Positions 25,990 to 39,609 of a stretch of DNA of 64,000 nucleotides are shown in pieces (position 1 is the first letter of the stretch; every line of letters starts with the position of its first letter). The notes beneath the pieces were generated by a model that saw only the letters and a program-made list of their open reading frames with translations, did no database searches and had not been told where the DNA came from. The translations under genes were made by a program, and so were the position numbers. Source of the stretch: the human T2T-CHM13v2.0 reference genome, Homo sapiens; NCBI RefSeq assembly GCF_009914755.1, contig NC_060934.1; one strand, 5' to 3'.

Positions 25990-26172
25990 ATAAGGTCTGC
26001 AGCTCAGTTAATGCTATTGTACCAGTGTCAGTTTCCTGGCTTTGATCATGTCTGAGGGTTGCATAAGATGTTCTCCCTGTGGGAAGCTGAGTGAAGGGTA
26101 CACAGGGAGTCTACTATTTTTGCATCTTCTTGTGAGTCTGAAATTATTTCAAAATAAAAAATTAAAATAAAA
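25990..26172 (+). mobile_element. L1MC/MD-type 3' end with A-rich tail
   Basis: GGGAAGCTGAGTGAAGGGTACACAGGGA...TTTTTGCATCTTCTTGTGAGTCTGAAATTATTTCAAAATAAAAA. Confidence 0.8.
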
Positions 26173-27659
26173 GTATGAGGCAGCATATAGGAGTGCCAAG
26201 AGATTATGGGGACTCTGAGCAAGCATTCAGCATGTCAATACAGCCACAGCTGCCTGGTGTAGGACTCATGTGACTTGGGAAGAGATGCTGAATGAACAAC
26301 TGGAATGATTCTAAACCAAACTACTCAGAAAAAAAAATTTCTTTTATCTTTCCATTTATTAAAATGTAGAAAAATTTATGTTTTGTCCACCATTTAAAAA
26401 TTAGTCAACAACATAAAATGGAGATGTATATTACTGTCACAACTACTGACCAATATTTATTGGGAAAACTTTGCAATGTGACAAAGGATCACTCTTAAGG
26501 ATGTCTGGGGAGACCAGAAAGAGATTTAAAGTTTATGAAAATAACTGATGACACAATCCGTTGAGGCCCTACTGTGTGTCAGGTTGACCAGCTGGTGTCT
26601 TGGGTGTGGTTTCCACAAGAAAGCCTGGCATTAACACGTCATTAACAAGGACGGACTCCATGTGGTATGGAGCAGTCCAGGAGTAGACAAGGTTCAGGGT
26701 GTCCTGATGCAGGACCTGGGAGGCCAGAGTGCTGCCCCATGGAGACCACGGTTACCCAGGTTAACAGCAGGACCTGGGATGGAGAGGCAGCCTGGGGCCC
26801 ACTCCCTCGCAGGTAGGGAGGTGGCTGCAACAAGAGGACAACCAACAGGAGGGCCCTCAAGAAACAGAGGTTCTTACTGACGAGGAGACAGAAACAGCTG
26901 GAGGCAGCACCAGGAGGGAGGAAGAACTTCCCCTTGAGGGGGCTCAAATCCTGAGCAAGGGCCAGGTCTCTGTCACAGCCAGGGCCGGAAAGCAATGCTT
27001 AAAGAAGAGGCCAAATCAGCAAACAGTTTTCCATGCCTCATCCCCCTCCAAAGGGTTCCCGCTCCAGGACCTAGGCTGCATGGAACTGTCACCAAATTCA
27101 AGTTAACGGCCTGTGTTCACCTTTGGGAATTCACAGTCCTATTTCGGTCTTGTTTTTATGAGTGTGGTTTCAGCTGCCCACCCCAAGACGTCCCCCCTCA
27201 AGCATGTGCTTACATAAAAATAACTCTGCCTCCCCAGCCAAGCCCTTAGTGAGAGGACAGGGATGTTGGGGTTTTGCTTTGTTTTTTGCTAGCCCTGTTT
27301 TCTGAAACTCTGCAGCAGCTGCAGGCCAGCGAGCATCGGACAGGTGTTCTTCACCCAGAGACGGGACGGGGAGAAGGCAGAGCTGCAAATGTCAGTGCAG
27401 AGGATGCAGAAGAGAAGAAAATCAACCCAGGCGTCCAATAAACCAAGTCTCTTTCTCCCGAGCATAAATGAATCCCATCCCATCAACAGGTTCTCCCCTT
27501 GGGGTCCTGGCACTGACTGTTCCCTCCTTCCAAGCATCAGACAGCAGCACCCTCTGAACATTCAAGAATCAACGGAGATGTCACCTTTGTGGAAAGGCCT
27601 TTCCCGCACACCAGCTGGTCACTCCAGCACATGGCCCTTATGCCTGTCTATTCTCTGAT

Positions 27660-27800
27660 ATTTGCGACCTTGTCTGCTGCCTGTCTCTCTCCATGAGGAT
27701 ATGCCCTCTGTGAGCACTGGGACCCTGTGTGTCTAACTCACTGCTAGATCCCCAGCTCCTAGAACAGCATGGGGTACACAGCAGGGCCTCAATAAAGAGT
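27660..27800 (+). mobile_element. L2 3' end
   Basis: TCACTGCTAGATCCCCAGCTCCTAGAACAG...ACACAGCAGGGCCTCAATAAA. Confidence 0.7.
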
Positions 27801-28540
27801 TCTTTTCACTGGAGGGTGACTCTCAAGAGGATGTGCAGAGCCTGAGTCAGAAGAGTTGAAGACATTGAAGGGCCAGGCTCCCCAATGTTCTTCTTGATCA
27901 AAGCTGAAGTATTAGGGCAAGTCACTGACTTCTGCAGGCCTCCGTTTCCCCAGCTATAAACAGACGATCTGAAAGACACTCACCATCCCTGCACTATGGG
28001 TCAAAGTTTTCAATTATTCACTATACTCTTGCCTGTTTTCCTTTCACCCATCTGTCTGTCCATCGGCCCAATCATTCTTTCCCATGGACTAGGCCCTGGG
28101 GATGCCACGTTGAATAAGACACATTTCCTGTTCTGAAGGAACAGATAACCTTCCAGTGGCAGAGACACAAAGGAAGCAATTCTGCACTGACCAGCTATCT
28201 GTCAAAGGAGACTCCTGGGCCTCCAGCCTGGGCCACTGTGGGGATGAGAATGGGGTCCTTCCCCAAGAGAAAAACAGATCTAAAATTCCACCACTGCTAC
28301 CAAGTGATGAACAATGTGTGTTAGTTACAATCAGGGAATCTGAACATGAAACTCAAAGACAGTCACAAAGTCTCATCACAGATTGAGGACAAATGAGGCT
28401 CATTCCTGAGACCACTGTGCTAATTATCTGTCCCTTATCTTTGCCATAGGAGAACTGGAAATTCTCATTAGAAGAATGATTACAATCACTGCTAAGTTCC
28501 CTCAGTGTTTCTTAGCTAAAGAGCTTAACGAATCCAGGTC

Positions 28541-28594
28541 CATGCATGCACACACATGCACGCATGCACACACACACGCGTGCACACACACACA
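28541..28594. repeat. (CA/TG/CG) alternating purine-pyrimidine microsatellite
   Basis: CATGCATGCACACACATGCACGCATGCACACACACACGCGTGCACACACACACA. Confidence 0.9.
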
Positions 28595-29759
28595 AATGCC
28601 CAGCATCCATCCCCGGAGACTTGATGTAACAGCTGATGTAGGACCAAAGTATGTGCATTTCTTTCAATAAGCTCCGTGGGGGTTGCAAAGCGGCACCCCT
28701 GATTTATAGCCACAGAGTTTCTGCCAAGTTTACTTCTTATTACAGTTGTAAAGGTGCTTTAGAATATCAGTGATAACAATGAGATAGATATCCATAAGGA
28801 TTTTAACAGAACTTTCCTAAGCACAGAGAACACTCCAGCCACAAAACACTTTTATCTACCTCATCAGAGCTAAATGGTGCCTGGAAACATAAACGCTGGA
28901 AGGACCAGCCTGAGGACACAGCCGCCCTGTGGGACCACACCCCCAGGCCATGCAAGAAACCTGGCCCAGGGAGATCTCCCGGCCTGGTCTCCACATATTT
29001 CTTTCAATGCTTTCACCCAGCGTACCCTTGAAAAAACAACTTCCTAATGTATCCTGGAGTCACAATTACAGCCCCTTGCTTATTACGGGCTTGGCCAAAT
29101 CAGATAAAATTTCATTCTCTGAATTGGTTCCTAATTTAATTATTCCCCGGATAAGCAGCCGGGCCGCCCATCACCGCAGGGGAGAAAGAACTAGAAAGAT
29201 GCTGGCGCCACAAGGTGCTGTTCTTATTCGGCCGCTGGTGGATGGGGAGATGTTCTGGGCCTCGGACATCAGATGGACATTGGATGGACAGACAGATGGG
29301 TGAAAGGAAAACAGGCAAGAGTACATTGGATGACTGAAAACCTTGACCCATAATCACATAAAAGAGGGCAAGCTAACCACCATCTGTTCACCCAACCCAC
29401 CTTAATCTGCTGCCCCAGGCCAGTCAAGAAGGCAACCTGGGGTTTTAGTAAGAGTTTAGGGAGAACTTTTGGAGTAATTGGATTGTAACTCCAAAAACCG
29501 GTATTCAATCCTGTCTCTTTATGTGTGGCCTCTCTGGCCCTCAGCTTCCCCATCTATAAAAAGGGGCTGAACCACGTTCGCCCGAAGGCCTTTCCAGCTC
29601 TAAAATTCAGACAATTCAGTATCTCAGCCAGGATCACTGACAGGGGGATCGGGATCCCATCTAAGAACAAAGCCTTTTCTAGGGCCAGGGAAAGGGTGTT
29701 GTTTAAAAAATGAATCTTATTATTAGAAGAAAGTGAAAACGTCTCATAAAACATAACCC

Positions 29760-30300
29760 TAGAAACGGAAACACATGTCCACACCCAAAGAAGCTTGTAC
29801 ACAAACGTTTATGGCCGCCTCATTCATAAGAGCCAAAGGTGGAGACCACCCAAATGTCTATCAATGGACAAATGGATCCATGAAACTGTGGTCTATCCCT
29901 GCGATGGAATATTATTCAGCCATGAAAAGGAAGGAAGTGCTGACGCATGCCACAGCATGGATGAACCATGACAGTTACACAGAGTAAAAGAAGCCAGTCA
30001 CAAAAGACCTCATTCTATGTGATTCTGCTCATACGAAAGTCCACAATAGAGGAATTGGGCTGGACAGAGACAAGAAGTAGATTTGTGGTTGCTCAAGGCT
30101 GAAGGGTACATGTAGGGGAATGGGGAGATAAAGGGGTGATAGCTAAGGTGTACAAGATGTCTTTTTGAGATTAAAAAAAGTTCTAAAATTAGCTGTGGTA
30201 GTGGTTGCACGTATCTGTCAATATACTAAAAAACATGGAATTGTATACTTTGGGTGAATTTTATGGTGTGTGCATTACATTTCAGTAAAGCTGTTAAAGA
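29760..30300 (+). mobile_element. L1MB-type 3' region
   Basis: ATGGAATATTATTCAGCCATGAAAAGGAAGGAAGT...AAAAGAAGCCAGTCACAAAAGACC...TGTTCTAAAATTAG...TCAGTAAAGCTGTT. Confidence 0.88.
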
Positions 30301-33300
30301 AGAATAGATTGAACAGGTTTTTCAAAAGTCTGCTTTATGATTTTTTTTAATAAATCAGTTGAGAACTTTGAAAGATACACATGCATGTCCTTCGGCACTT
30401 CTGCGGCTTCCTAAGTGATCCAGCGGGTGACTTCCAGTGAGCACGTCTTCTCACCCTTTCATCAACCAAAAAAACTGCTGACTCAAAAGGGGGCAGGCCT
30501 GCATTTTTCTATCGACTTATTTCCATTTTAAGGGCCGAAAGCAAATTTATTTTCCACCACTCAAATGGCAACTGAAGCTTCATCTTCTTTTCAATACATC
30601 ATTTTTCTTCTCTGAGCCAAATTTTATACAATGCAAAAGATCCCTGGATTTTCTATTGTCGATAGGTGAGCAAATGATTTTTTCTTTTTCTTTTTTTTGC
30701 CTGGAAGATGTTTCTGAGGAGGAGCTCACAGTCACCCAGCTCCCACTCTTCTCTTCTGTACATCTCCTCATATCTAATTTCTCATAGAAACTGCTAGCAA
30801 GTGGGTATAAATAGCTTTTCAAAGTTAGGACGACACAAAATGTCAGGCTGATACTGTTCTCGTTAGTCGGAGCATGCTTTCTTCCCCCTCATTTATTCCC
30901 ACTAATAACTTTCTTAGGCAAGTTCAGCGTGTCCTAAAAGCAGCTATTTCCTCTGACTTTCACTATAATGCACTTGGATCACTGACCTGATGCGGCATGG
31001 GGACTCGGCCTTTCTGGAACATATTTTCTTTATTAAAAACTGTGACGGATGATGAGAGAGGATCACGCCACCATGGGTCAGGCTGGAGATGACCACAGGC
31101 GAGGAAGTGGTAAGCCTCCGCAGTTCAACACACCCAGAGCTCAGAGGAAGATGGTCCTTCCCAAGGCTCACGGTTTCTAAGCCCACACAATGTTTCAGAG
31201 AGGGTGCCCAGGCAGAGAGATGTCAGACACTCTGAGGCTCAGGAGGCTGCACCTTTGCAAGGCAGAGCTAGGGAAGGAAAGACGGAAGGGTCTCTGCTGC
31301 CCCAAGGAGTCCAGTCCTGAGGCATCAGTGTTCAGTGGGACGGAGGAGGAGCTGACCCTCCCAAGGGCAGGGGCCACGCGCTGGCTGGGAAGCAAGGACA
31401 AAGGAAGCCCTTGGTACCTGCCTCTCGGGGAGTCACAGCTGAGGGCCCAGGACCCTCCTGGCTGTCTTCTCATCTGCCCTTCATCCTGTGATGAGACAAG
31501 AGGGAGGTTGCCAGTTGGGGGCCCACCTGCATTCGGTCCTCCCCTGCAGGCCAGCTGACCTCCATGGCCCAACCTTCTCCGTTAGAGCCTTTGGGCCAGA
31601 AGGTGACCATTGAAGGCTGCCCAGAGAGCCTTAGGAACAAGCTCCCCCATACCAGGGGCAAATGGCATGCCCAGCTCCTGCTGCCCCATCAAGCCCCCCA
31701 CTACCGAGAACAGGCCGAGGCCAGACCAGAGATGACATCCCACCCACAGTAAGGGATTAACCAATCATCCAGGTTGTCCTTCATAGAAAAATTAAAGCTA
31801 AACAGCCCCCAGGAATCCAGTGGAGGAAGACACCACACAGAGGCCTTCACAGTTCACCTCTGAACCGGACATGAGAACTTCCTGCTCCCTCCACCAGACC
31901 ACAGAAAGGGCACTAAAACTCCCGAACATCTTCCTAGAGCAACTGCAACTCCAAAGTCAAGCGTCTGGTTACGTGACACAGAGGTCAGCCAGCTGCAGCC
32001 AAATCCCCACCTGGATGTCCAGGAAACCAACAACAGAGAAGCCAGGCCCCTGATGATACCCACAAGATCTCGGCCAAAACTCCTCCACCCCACCGCCCTG
32101 AGCCGCTGCAGCTACCAGGCAGAACCATCAGAAGTGTGTGGAGAGAAACACAAGCCCTCGGCCCACACTCCCCGGGGCAACCCTGCTTTCTTGTAATCCT
32201 GGCGGTTCCTTCCATGCACAAAGCAAACAGGGTTTGGTGTGTACATTTGGAAGACTCTTTACATACACAGGTTCACAAAGCAGAGAAAATTAATCCTCAG
32301 TAGACCCATAGTCTGATTTGGGGTTTGGAAATTATAGTCCCTAAAAATACATGCCAGGACATACTTTATATTTTTAATGCAAATATTTACATTCCAAACA
32401 AAGGAGCATGGAACTTGAAGCCAAGCTATTTATACCAGCTATAAGAAACACCAGCAGCCTCCACATTTCTCGCCTGAGTAGACGGCTCCGCTTATATTCC
32501 TGAAACAACAACCAAATTTCCATAACATTTTCCCCTAAGGCTCTCAAGACACAAAAAACTGTGGTCACTATGTTTTAATAGCCCCAAAACCTAATGCCAG
32601 GAAATCCAAGGTTATTCCATTAGACTCTCGACTCCTTGGGAAATTGAGTGACAAGTGTGAGCTCTCCTGTGCCACACTATCAAACTCAGTGTTCACATAA
32701 AACCTCCAGGAGAACCTAGCCTTTGGAAGAATCATTTTTAATTGACGCGTTAATGCAGCACATGGCAGTCACTGGCCACTAAGTGAGAGTCCAGCTACAT
32801 GGATGTACCGTGAGCCCCAGACACCCTCCTCCTGAAGAGAGCCTCATCAGGCTGGGAGAGCAGACTGCACCCAGGAAACTGGAGCCCAGCACAGTGTGGG
32901 ACAGGGTCAAGGTTGAGAAATACAACAGAGGAAAACTGCAGAAGCTCAGAGGAGGAAGGATCCACACCTGGCTGGGGAAGGGAGGTACGGGGAGCAGATA
33001 GCAAGAATGACTGGCAAACGCTTCCTGAAGGCAGTGGGGGTGGGGGGCTCGATGATGAAGTAGGCAAATGTGGGGGCTCCCCCTCTCCAGTGGCCGGGGG
33101 ACCCAAGTGTAGCCAGGTCCAGGCCCGGCTGGCCAGGCGTCTCGTTGCAAACACAGAACCAGGTCTGGTAAAAGCACAGGCCCTGTGGGGGGCTGGGACC
33201 AAGAGAGAGGAGGCAGAGAAGCTTCTCCAGGCCCAGGCTAGGAGTCAACCACTACCTCAGCTCCCTGTGAATTGCGTTCAACTTAGAATGTGACCTTGAG

Positions 33301-33843
33301 ATCCATGGATCACCATTACCTCAATCATGCTCTGCCAACAAGTAGGAAAGAGATGTTCTTGAATTTAAAGCCAGATTATTTCCTACAGCAGACAACAACA
33401 CCGATTTGACACACTGTGGCCACTTCTACCAAGTACGTACCTAACAGATGCCATTGACCACCCTCCAACCGTGGGCCGGGCACGGAGCCCAGCACATCAT
33501 ATTCCTTGCCACAGGGCGACTGTTCTCCGCCACCCCAGATGTTTCCTTCCATGAGGAGGAAGCTCCCCTGTGTAACTTTCCTGTTGTCTATACGTGGTGG
33601 TTTCTACACCATCCCAGGAATATGGAAGGAGGGCGTGGACATGACAGCCCAGCCCTGCCTTTCCCCATGGTAAGGAGGCCCTTCGCCCTGCTGGGAGAGG
33701 CTCCTCCAGCTCCGCAGGCAATGGGGTGGGCGGGTCTGCCTGACTGCCCCTGTTCCCCACTTCCTTGCCCACTGGTTCAGCCACATTCTCCAACAACAGC
33801 TGCAGTCGGGAACAGCCATCGCATGTGGATTTCCACCTGCCTT

Positions 33844-33870
33844 CCTCCTCCTCCTCCTCCTCCTCCTCCT
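33844..33870. repeat. (CCT)9 microsatellite
   Basis: Direct reading. Confidence 0.95.
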
Positions 33871-33979
33871 CTATCTCTCCATAGGTTTAGACCTCACCCA
33901 GAAAAAAGTGATTCCATGTGGGGAGCTCCCCTGAACCCTGAATTGTACTATTTCAAATACTCAAGCCACCCAACCAGGT

Positions 33980-34110
33980 AGAGATCATTAACCCCATTTT
34001 ACAGATGGGGAAACCGAGATGCAAGCTAAGCCACTTGTTCAGAGCCACAGTAATGGGACGAAGCAGCACTGCATGAACTTGAACCTGAGTCAGCGTGGAT
34101 CCCAGGCTCA
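33980..34110 (-). mobile_element. MIR
   Basis: CCCCATTTTACAGATGGGGAAACCGAG...CACTTGTTCAGAGCCACAG. Confidence 0.75.
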
Positions 34111-37100
34111 ACCCACTACCTGCCCTGCCCCACCCAGTGCCTATGCGATCTAACACCTGGGCTAAAAGAGCTTCCGTGTCACGGGCGCCAAATATTTGGC
34201 TGACAAGAAACGTGAAGGTACAGGTGAACTTACCGCCATCAGCATGAGTGAGCTGCCAGGGGTTACAAAAGGGAACACAGCTGCCCAGACCACTTTCGTG
34301 GAAGGGTAAGATAATACATCTTACACCTCTCTCGACCTCTTAGACTCTGAAATGCAGGCTCTGGCCTCCTAGCAAAGGTGCCATGGGCCCAGTCCCTCGG
34401 GACAGCTACCTACAGGGACACAGAAAAGCAAAAGCAGGACAGAACCTCCCTGAGATAGATCCAGGGCCACCCTGGGAGGGATGGGATCGCCACTTCTCCT
34501 TGTATGCCCTCCCCCTTGCTGGCCACACCACTATCTTTTTGACCACAGGGAGCAAAAGGGTCCGGCAGGGGCGTATTCTGTTTCAAGAGAAAATGCTAAG
34601 CCACCGAGTTCCAGCCTATTGTCAGAAAAACATAATTGTGCCTGGCCTGTATCTAATTATTTGCCCATGTTGGGGTATTTTCCAGGCACCTGGGTGCCTG
34701 GACTGTCTGTTTCAATATTTTTACCACAAATGCAATTCTGGAAAGTGTCCAAGTTTCCATTATAATGATACCCTCTGCTTTTGAGGATCTGCCAGCCTTA
34801 CTTTCTTCAGAGATCTAAGAGGCCTGGGCCACGATAAGTTCTAGAAATGTAAAATAGGCATCAGGGAGAGCCTGCCGAAGCCAGGAGCCCCCACCCCCCC
34901 GCCCTCCAGGCCCCCTCTGGGCTCTTTTAAGCTGAGAGTGGGGTGAGATGTAACATTCACAAGCGAGCTACACCAGCACAGTTCCACCTAGAGCCACGCG
35001 GTCTCCTCTCTCTGGTTAATTGCATCAAATATGGGCACAGCGGAGCTGCTCCACAGCCTGGCTGCAAGGTCAGCTGAAGGGTCTTGAAGGGTAGCTGTTT
35101 ACCAGTGTTCTCCTCGCACAGATGAGGAGACAGAGTCCAGAGAGTGAAGCCACCACCCTAAGGAAACCTAGCTGGAGCCAAGGCTTGCAGGGGCTCCTGC
35201 CTATATCCTTTGAGGTAGAATATACTGGAATCAAATATGGAGACATGCACGGTTAGGAGCTCCGGGGCTGAAGAATATCACCCGAGCCAGTGTTTACTGA
35301 GCACTTACTGGATGCCAGGCACTGTGCCAAGCACTGGCAGGTATTAACTCTGAAAAGACACCCGCCCTCAAGCCAGGGGGCGAAGTCTTCCCGGAACACT
35401 CCAATCTCAAAGTCGCTACCCCGGGCTCCTGCTGCACTTTGCCAAGCCCCATAAGGTGCCTGTCAACGGCGTTACATAACTCTGACTTGCACGAGCTCCG
35501 CCTCGCCCACTGATCTGAGTGCTGTGCTCTGTGCTGAGCGCTGGCTCTCTGCCCCCATGCACCTGGCCCAGGGTTGCAGGGCAGAAACGCTGCAGGTCCT
35601 GCTGCAGACAGCCTCCTTTCCTCTCCATCCCTTTGGAAATCAGCGAAGATGAGAAACTGCTTCCCACTTGCCACCTCCCCACAACTTAACCACTTGCTGA
35701 TTCACGCCGCCTCCTCCTTCTGGAGCCACAGTTGTTCTTCTCCCCTCACCCCCTTATTTCCCTCCTGCCTCTACCGTCATTCCCAATCCCTCCTCCTGCA
35801 CATCCGGATGGCTGAGAGCTTGGTGTGTGTCATCTCCAACAGCTTCCCAGCCCTTTAAAGGACACAAAGGGATATACCTGTGTGACCTGTCTAGCAGAGG
35901 GCCAGCTTCAAACCTATAGGGACGCAGCACGTGATAGGTCTTGCGATGAACTGTCTTCCTCCCCAACTCCCATAGTTACAATTTAAAAAGTCTATGTTGG
36001 CCCAAATGGACACAAAACCTTTCTCCTTCTTCCTGGACACTCCTAACTAGACACCTAGACTGGACACACTAATTAGATAACTGTTCCATTTATGGTCCAT
36101 CTCCTGCTGTGGAGACACAGGTCTACACATAAATCATTTTGTCCCAGTGCTTTATTTGAAAGGAGAAACTATCTCAGTAAAGAAATCAGACCCTCATACT
36201 GCAGGCCAATGAAGAAATGCCTTGAGCAGTGGAAACACTCAGCCTCCCAACACTTAGCCAGCTAAGTGCAAACATGATCTCCTCATTCACAGCACTGGAA
36301 CAGAGTGACCCTTTGAAGTAACTTAATCTCATACCTGAGCATCCCCTTTACAGACCAGAAGGGGAGGGAGGCTGCGTGATTCTCACCAGTGACTGAGTCA
36401 CTTCCAAATCACAAGCTGCTAAAGAGAAGTCCGCTGGCTGATTGCTCAGATCAATGACACTCCCAAGTCAGCTACCACTTTTAAAAACAGTCTCTGCTTT
36501 TAGAATTTAGACGACTCTTCTTTCATACAAATATGCTCCAAATGGCATCTCTGCAATCCTGGGCCTGCTGAGGCCCTAGGAACGGGGACAGGGCCTGAAC
36601 GTGTAGATGGGAAAAATGACAGCTGCCAATTACAGGGAGTGTCCACACCTCTGGGAGTTTCTAAGAGGCCTCAGCCCAGTACAGTGGAGATGAAGGAGCT
36701 GGCCAAGAGCTGGAGATCAGAGACCCCCTGACTTTCCACTTACTGGCTATGTGACCTTGGGCAAGTCACTCCCAACTTAATATCATACCTGAGCATCCCC
36801 TGTTCAGGGGGTGGGTGCCTCCCACCCACTGCTCTGAAATTCAATGTCCACACCTGAAAAGGAGACTCCTCACACTCCCCCGAGTCCACCCTCCACTCCC
36901 TGACCCCTGCTCCCAAGCCTTGCTTTGCATCACCACCCTTCTGGGCTCTTATGGCAGCTTCTGGACCATTTGTCTGTCTACATAGCCAATTCCGCTTGTC
37001 CCCATCCCATGAGGGCTGGGACCCTGTCTGTCCTAGCCCCGCCAAATCATCCCAGAGGCTCAGCTGTAGGATCTATTTGGTGAAAGGAATTACATGAAAA

Positions 37101-39507
37101 GGTTCATGCAGATGACTTTCTACATCATGGCAATTCATTCAACAGCTGCTGAATGAACACATGGCACACGAGTACATGAAGGAGCTCTGCCCGCCTCACC
37201 TCCAGCCTAGGGACCTGGCCGCAGGCATGATGGGCAGCCATCAGTTCTTAGTCCCTGGGCCCACAATGGGTGTGGCTCCTGTGCCCTGCTCTCTGATGCA
37301 GTGACACCCTTCCCAATAGATAAGCACCGGGCCAGATGGCAAGCTTCAGACCTCCTGGAAGGGCACTCACCCCTAACCCTCTACCATACTTCTAGAATTT
37401 GAGCCCACATTTAAATACCCAGGCTGGAGAATCCTCTCGAAAATTCACAAGACCTGTTGACACTGTTTTCCCCCCAACTGGCTGGAGCTGAGTCTAGTCT
37501 GTCCCCTGTAGATGGGCATGTGCTCACCTGTTCAGGACAGCCCTGGGGTCTCCCTCTTCTCCCCAGCCCCCTCCACTAGCAGGGGACCTTCCAGCCGAAC
37601 TCGAAATGGCTTGGACTACCACAGTCCAGCACTAATCTACAGCTTCCCCTACTGCAGACTCCTGGGGCCCAGCTAGTTAACTTGGAATTTCTTGTCTGCT
37701 GTTTCTCAAGACGCCAAATAAGTAGAATCCGCTTCCCACGTTACCAACCTTTCCCCAAACACTTCTTCTTGATGCAGGAATTAATCTTCTCTCTTCCAGG
37801 CATGTGAAAAATCAAATGTTTCTGATATCTCACTTTTCCTGGCCAGGGGCAGCAGCAACCAGGGATGACAAAGGTGTGGAAGGAAACTGCAGCCCTCACA
37901 GCAGCCACGGTGACCGTGCTGGGTCCCTGGCCAGGACAGTGGCTCAGACATGGCGAGCTTTGATCATCCAGGAAAAGCAAGGCACACATGTGACCACTGT
38001 GGGCCGACCTGCCTGCCACCCCCCTGGACAATATCCTGGATGAATTACCCCTGCATGCTTCACCTACAAGCCAGCTCACTGCAATCATCCAAAGCCCAGA
38101 GGAGAGAGCCGCAAAGACAGGGTTGGACTTCTGCAGAGGGCTCCTGAGCTGGCTCTCCTCCGGAGCTGGACTTTGGAGGGAAGCCCAGACCTGCAGCTCC
38201 ACCTCCAGCTCACCTATGTGCCCACAGGAAGGCCATAACAAGCCACTTTACCTCACCAGCTCTGTGTGCCCATCTAGGAGGTGGCAAGAAAGAAAATCTT
38301 CTGACAGTTTCTCAGGAACTTGGGGAAGAAAAACTTGTTTGCAAAAACCTACCTACTTAGAAGGCATTTTTATTCCTATACTACTTTGAATAAAATCATA
38401 TATGATCTATGTATGTCTTTATGTATCAATCAAGAGATCCTAGTTCAACATTCAGTTTGTAAAATTAGTAAGTGCCATGTTCTGGAAGGGAGGGTTCCTG
38501 ATTTTGCAAGGTTGCCGGTCCTGGGAGGAGAAGCAGGAAAGCGGGGGATGGATAATGGTCCAGGAAGGTCCAAGGAGGGTCCAGGAGAAACGCTGGGCAA
38601 ATCTCTAGGCCTCAGTTTACTTCAGGGCCCCTCGGGGGTGCAGATGCCCTCCGAGGCCTTTCTGCCCCAACGCTGGGTGGCTACCCTAACCCACCGAGGC
38701 ATCCCACAACACTCAGGAATTGCAGCTGATAAAGAGGGGCTGGGGGCACTGCTAGGGCGCCCAGAGGCAAGGTTAGCCCCTTTGCTCAGCCTCACTGACC
38801 GGCTTGTCACATCCCTCTGCGGGGCATCCCGGAGCCACACTTCATTCCCGAGAACTCGGTACAATTAACTTAACCAACGTGAACAAGGCGAAGGCGCCCA
38901 GCTGTCACAGCGGCTCCGCGCACGCAGGCAGACGAAGAAGGGCCCCCGCCCCCAGGAGCTGGTCCCAGCCTCCAGCCTGGCAGCCTCCTTCGAAGACTTC
39001 CCTACACTGGGCGCGGACCTCCAGCCGCCAGCAGCCGGCAACCCAGCCCCAGCCTTCCTCCTCTATACCCGCCGTCCCAGCCGCGCCGGCCGGCCCCGGG
39101 CGCAGGGCGGGCGGGAACGTGGGCACCCGGACAGCGACGGGGAGGTCAAGCAGCTGTGCCCAGGACCCGGGCGGCTCCGAAGCCTCAACACGCACACACT
39201 CGCGCGCACGCCGGCCCATCGGTTGCCTGGAGGAGTTGGGAAGGTGCTTCCACGGCTCTTCATTCATTTTCCCAAAGGCAAGGTTCCCTTCGCCCCGGCG
39301 CCTCTATCCTGCCATCCCAGGGGGCCAATTGCGCCACAGCCCGCCACCCAGCCACCCACAGCCACCGCGTCCTATCTCCCGGCACACACAACCCAACAGA
39401 CTCGCATTACATCTCCACCGCCAGCGTCGCCTCCGCGCCCCGGCCGCTGCCATCCGGCTCCCCAGCTTCGCCGCCCCGCAGCCCCGGCTCCCCGCCTCTG
39501 GCCTCAC

Positions 39508-39609
39508 CGCGCGGCTCAGAGCTGCCTCGCTCGGCTCGCCGCACCAAGGCCGGCCAGAGACGCCGCCACCGCCGGGAAGCGCCGGCAACTCCCGAGTCAC
39601 GCCGCCTCC
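39508..39609 (-). other. CHST15: Non-coding first exon (5'UTR), proximal; the 5' end is approximate
   Basis: Minus strand reads ...GGAGTTGCCGGCGCTTCCCGGCGGTGGCGGCGTCTCTGGCCGGCCTTGGTGCGGCGAGCCGAGCGAGGCAGCTCTGAGCCGCGCG|GTGAGG, with a donor after 39508 and GC boxes immediately upstream. I recall this as the CHST15 mRNA leader. Confidence 0.72.

Noticed and set aside
39403-39453. Minus-strand ATG (MAAAGARRRRWRWRC) with a possible GAT|GTAATG donor
   Set aside because: It lies downstream of the stronger GCG|GTGAGG donor at 39508. The ORF stops within the island and matches no protein I recognise.
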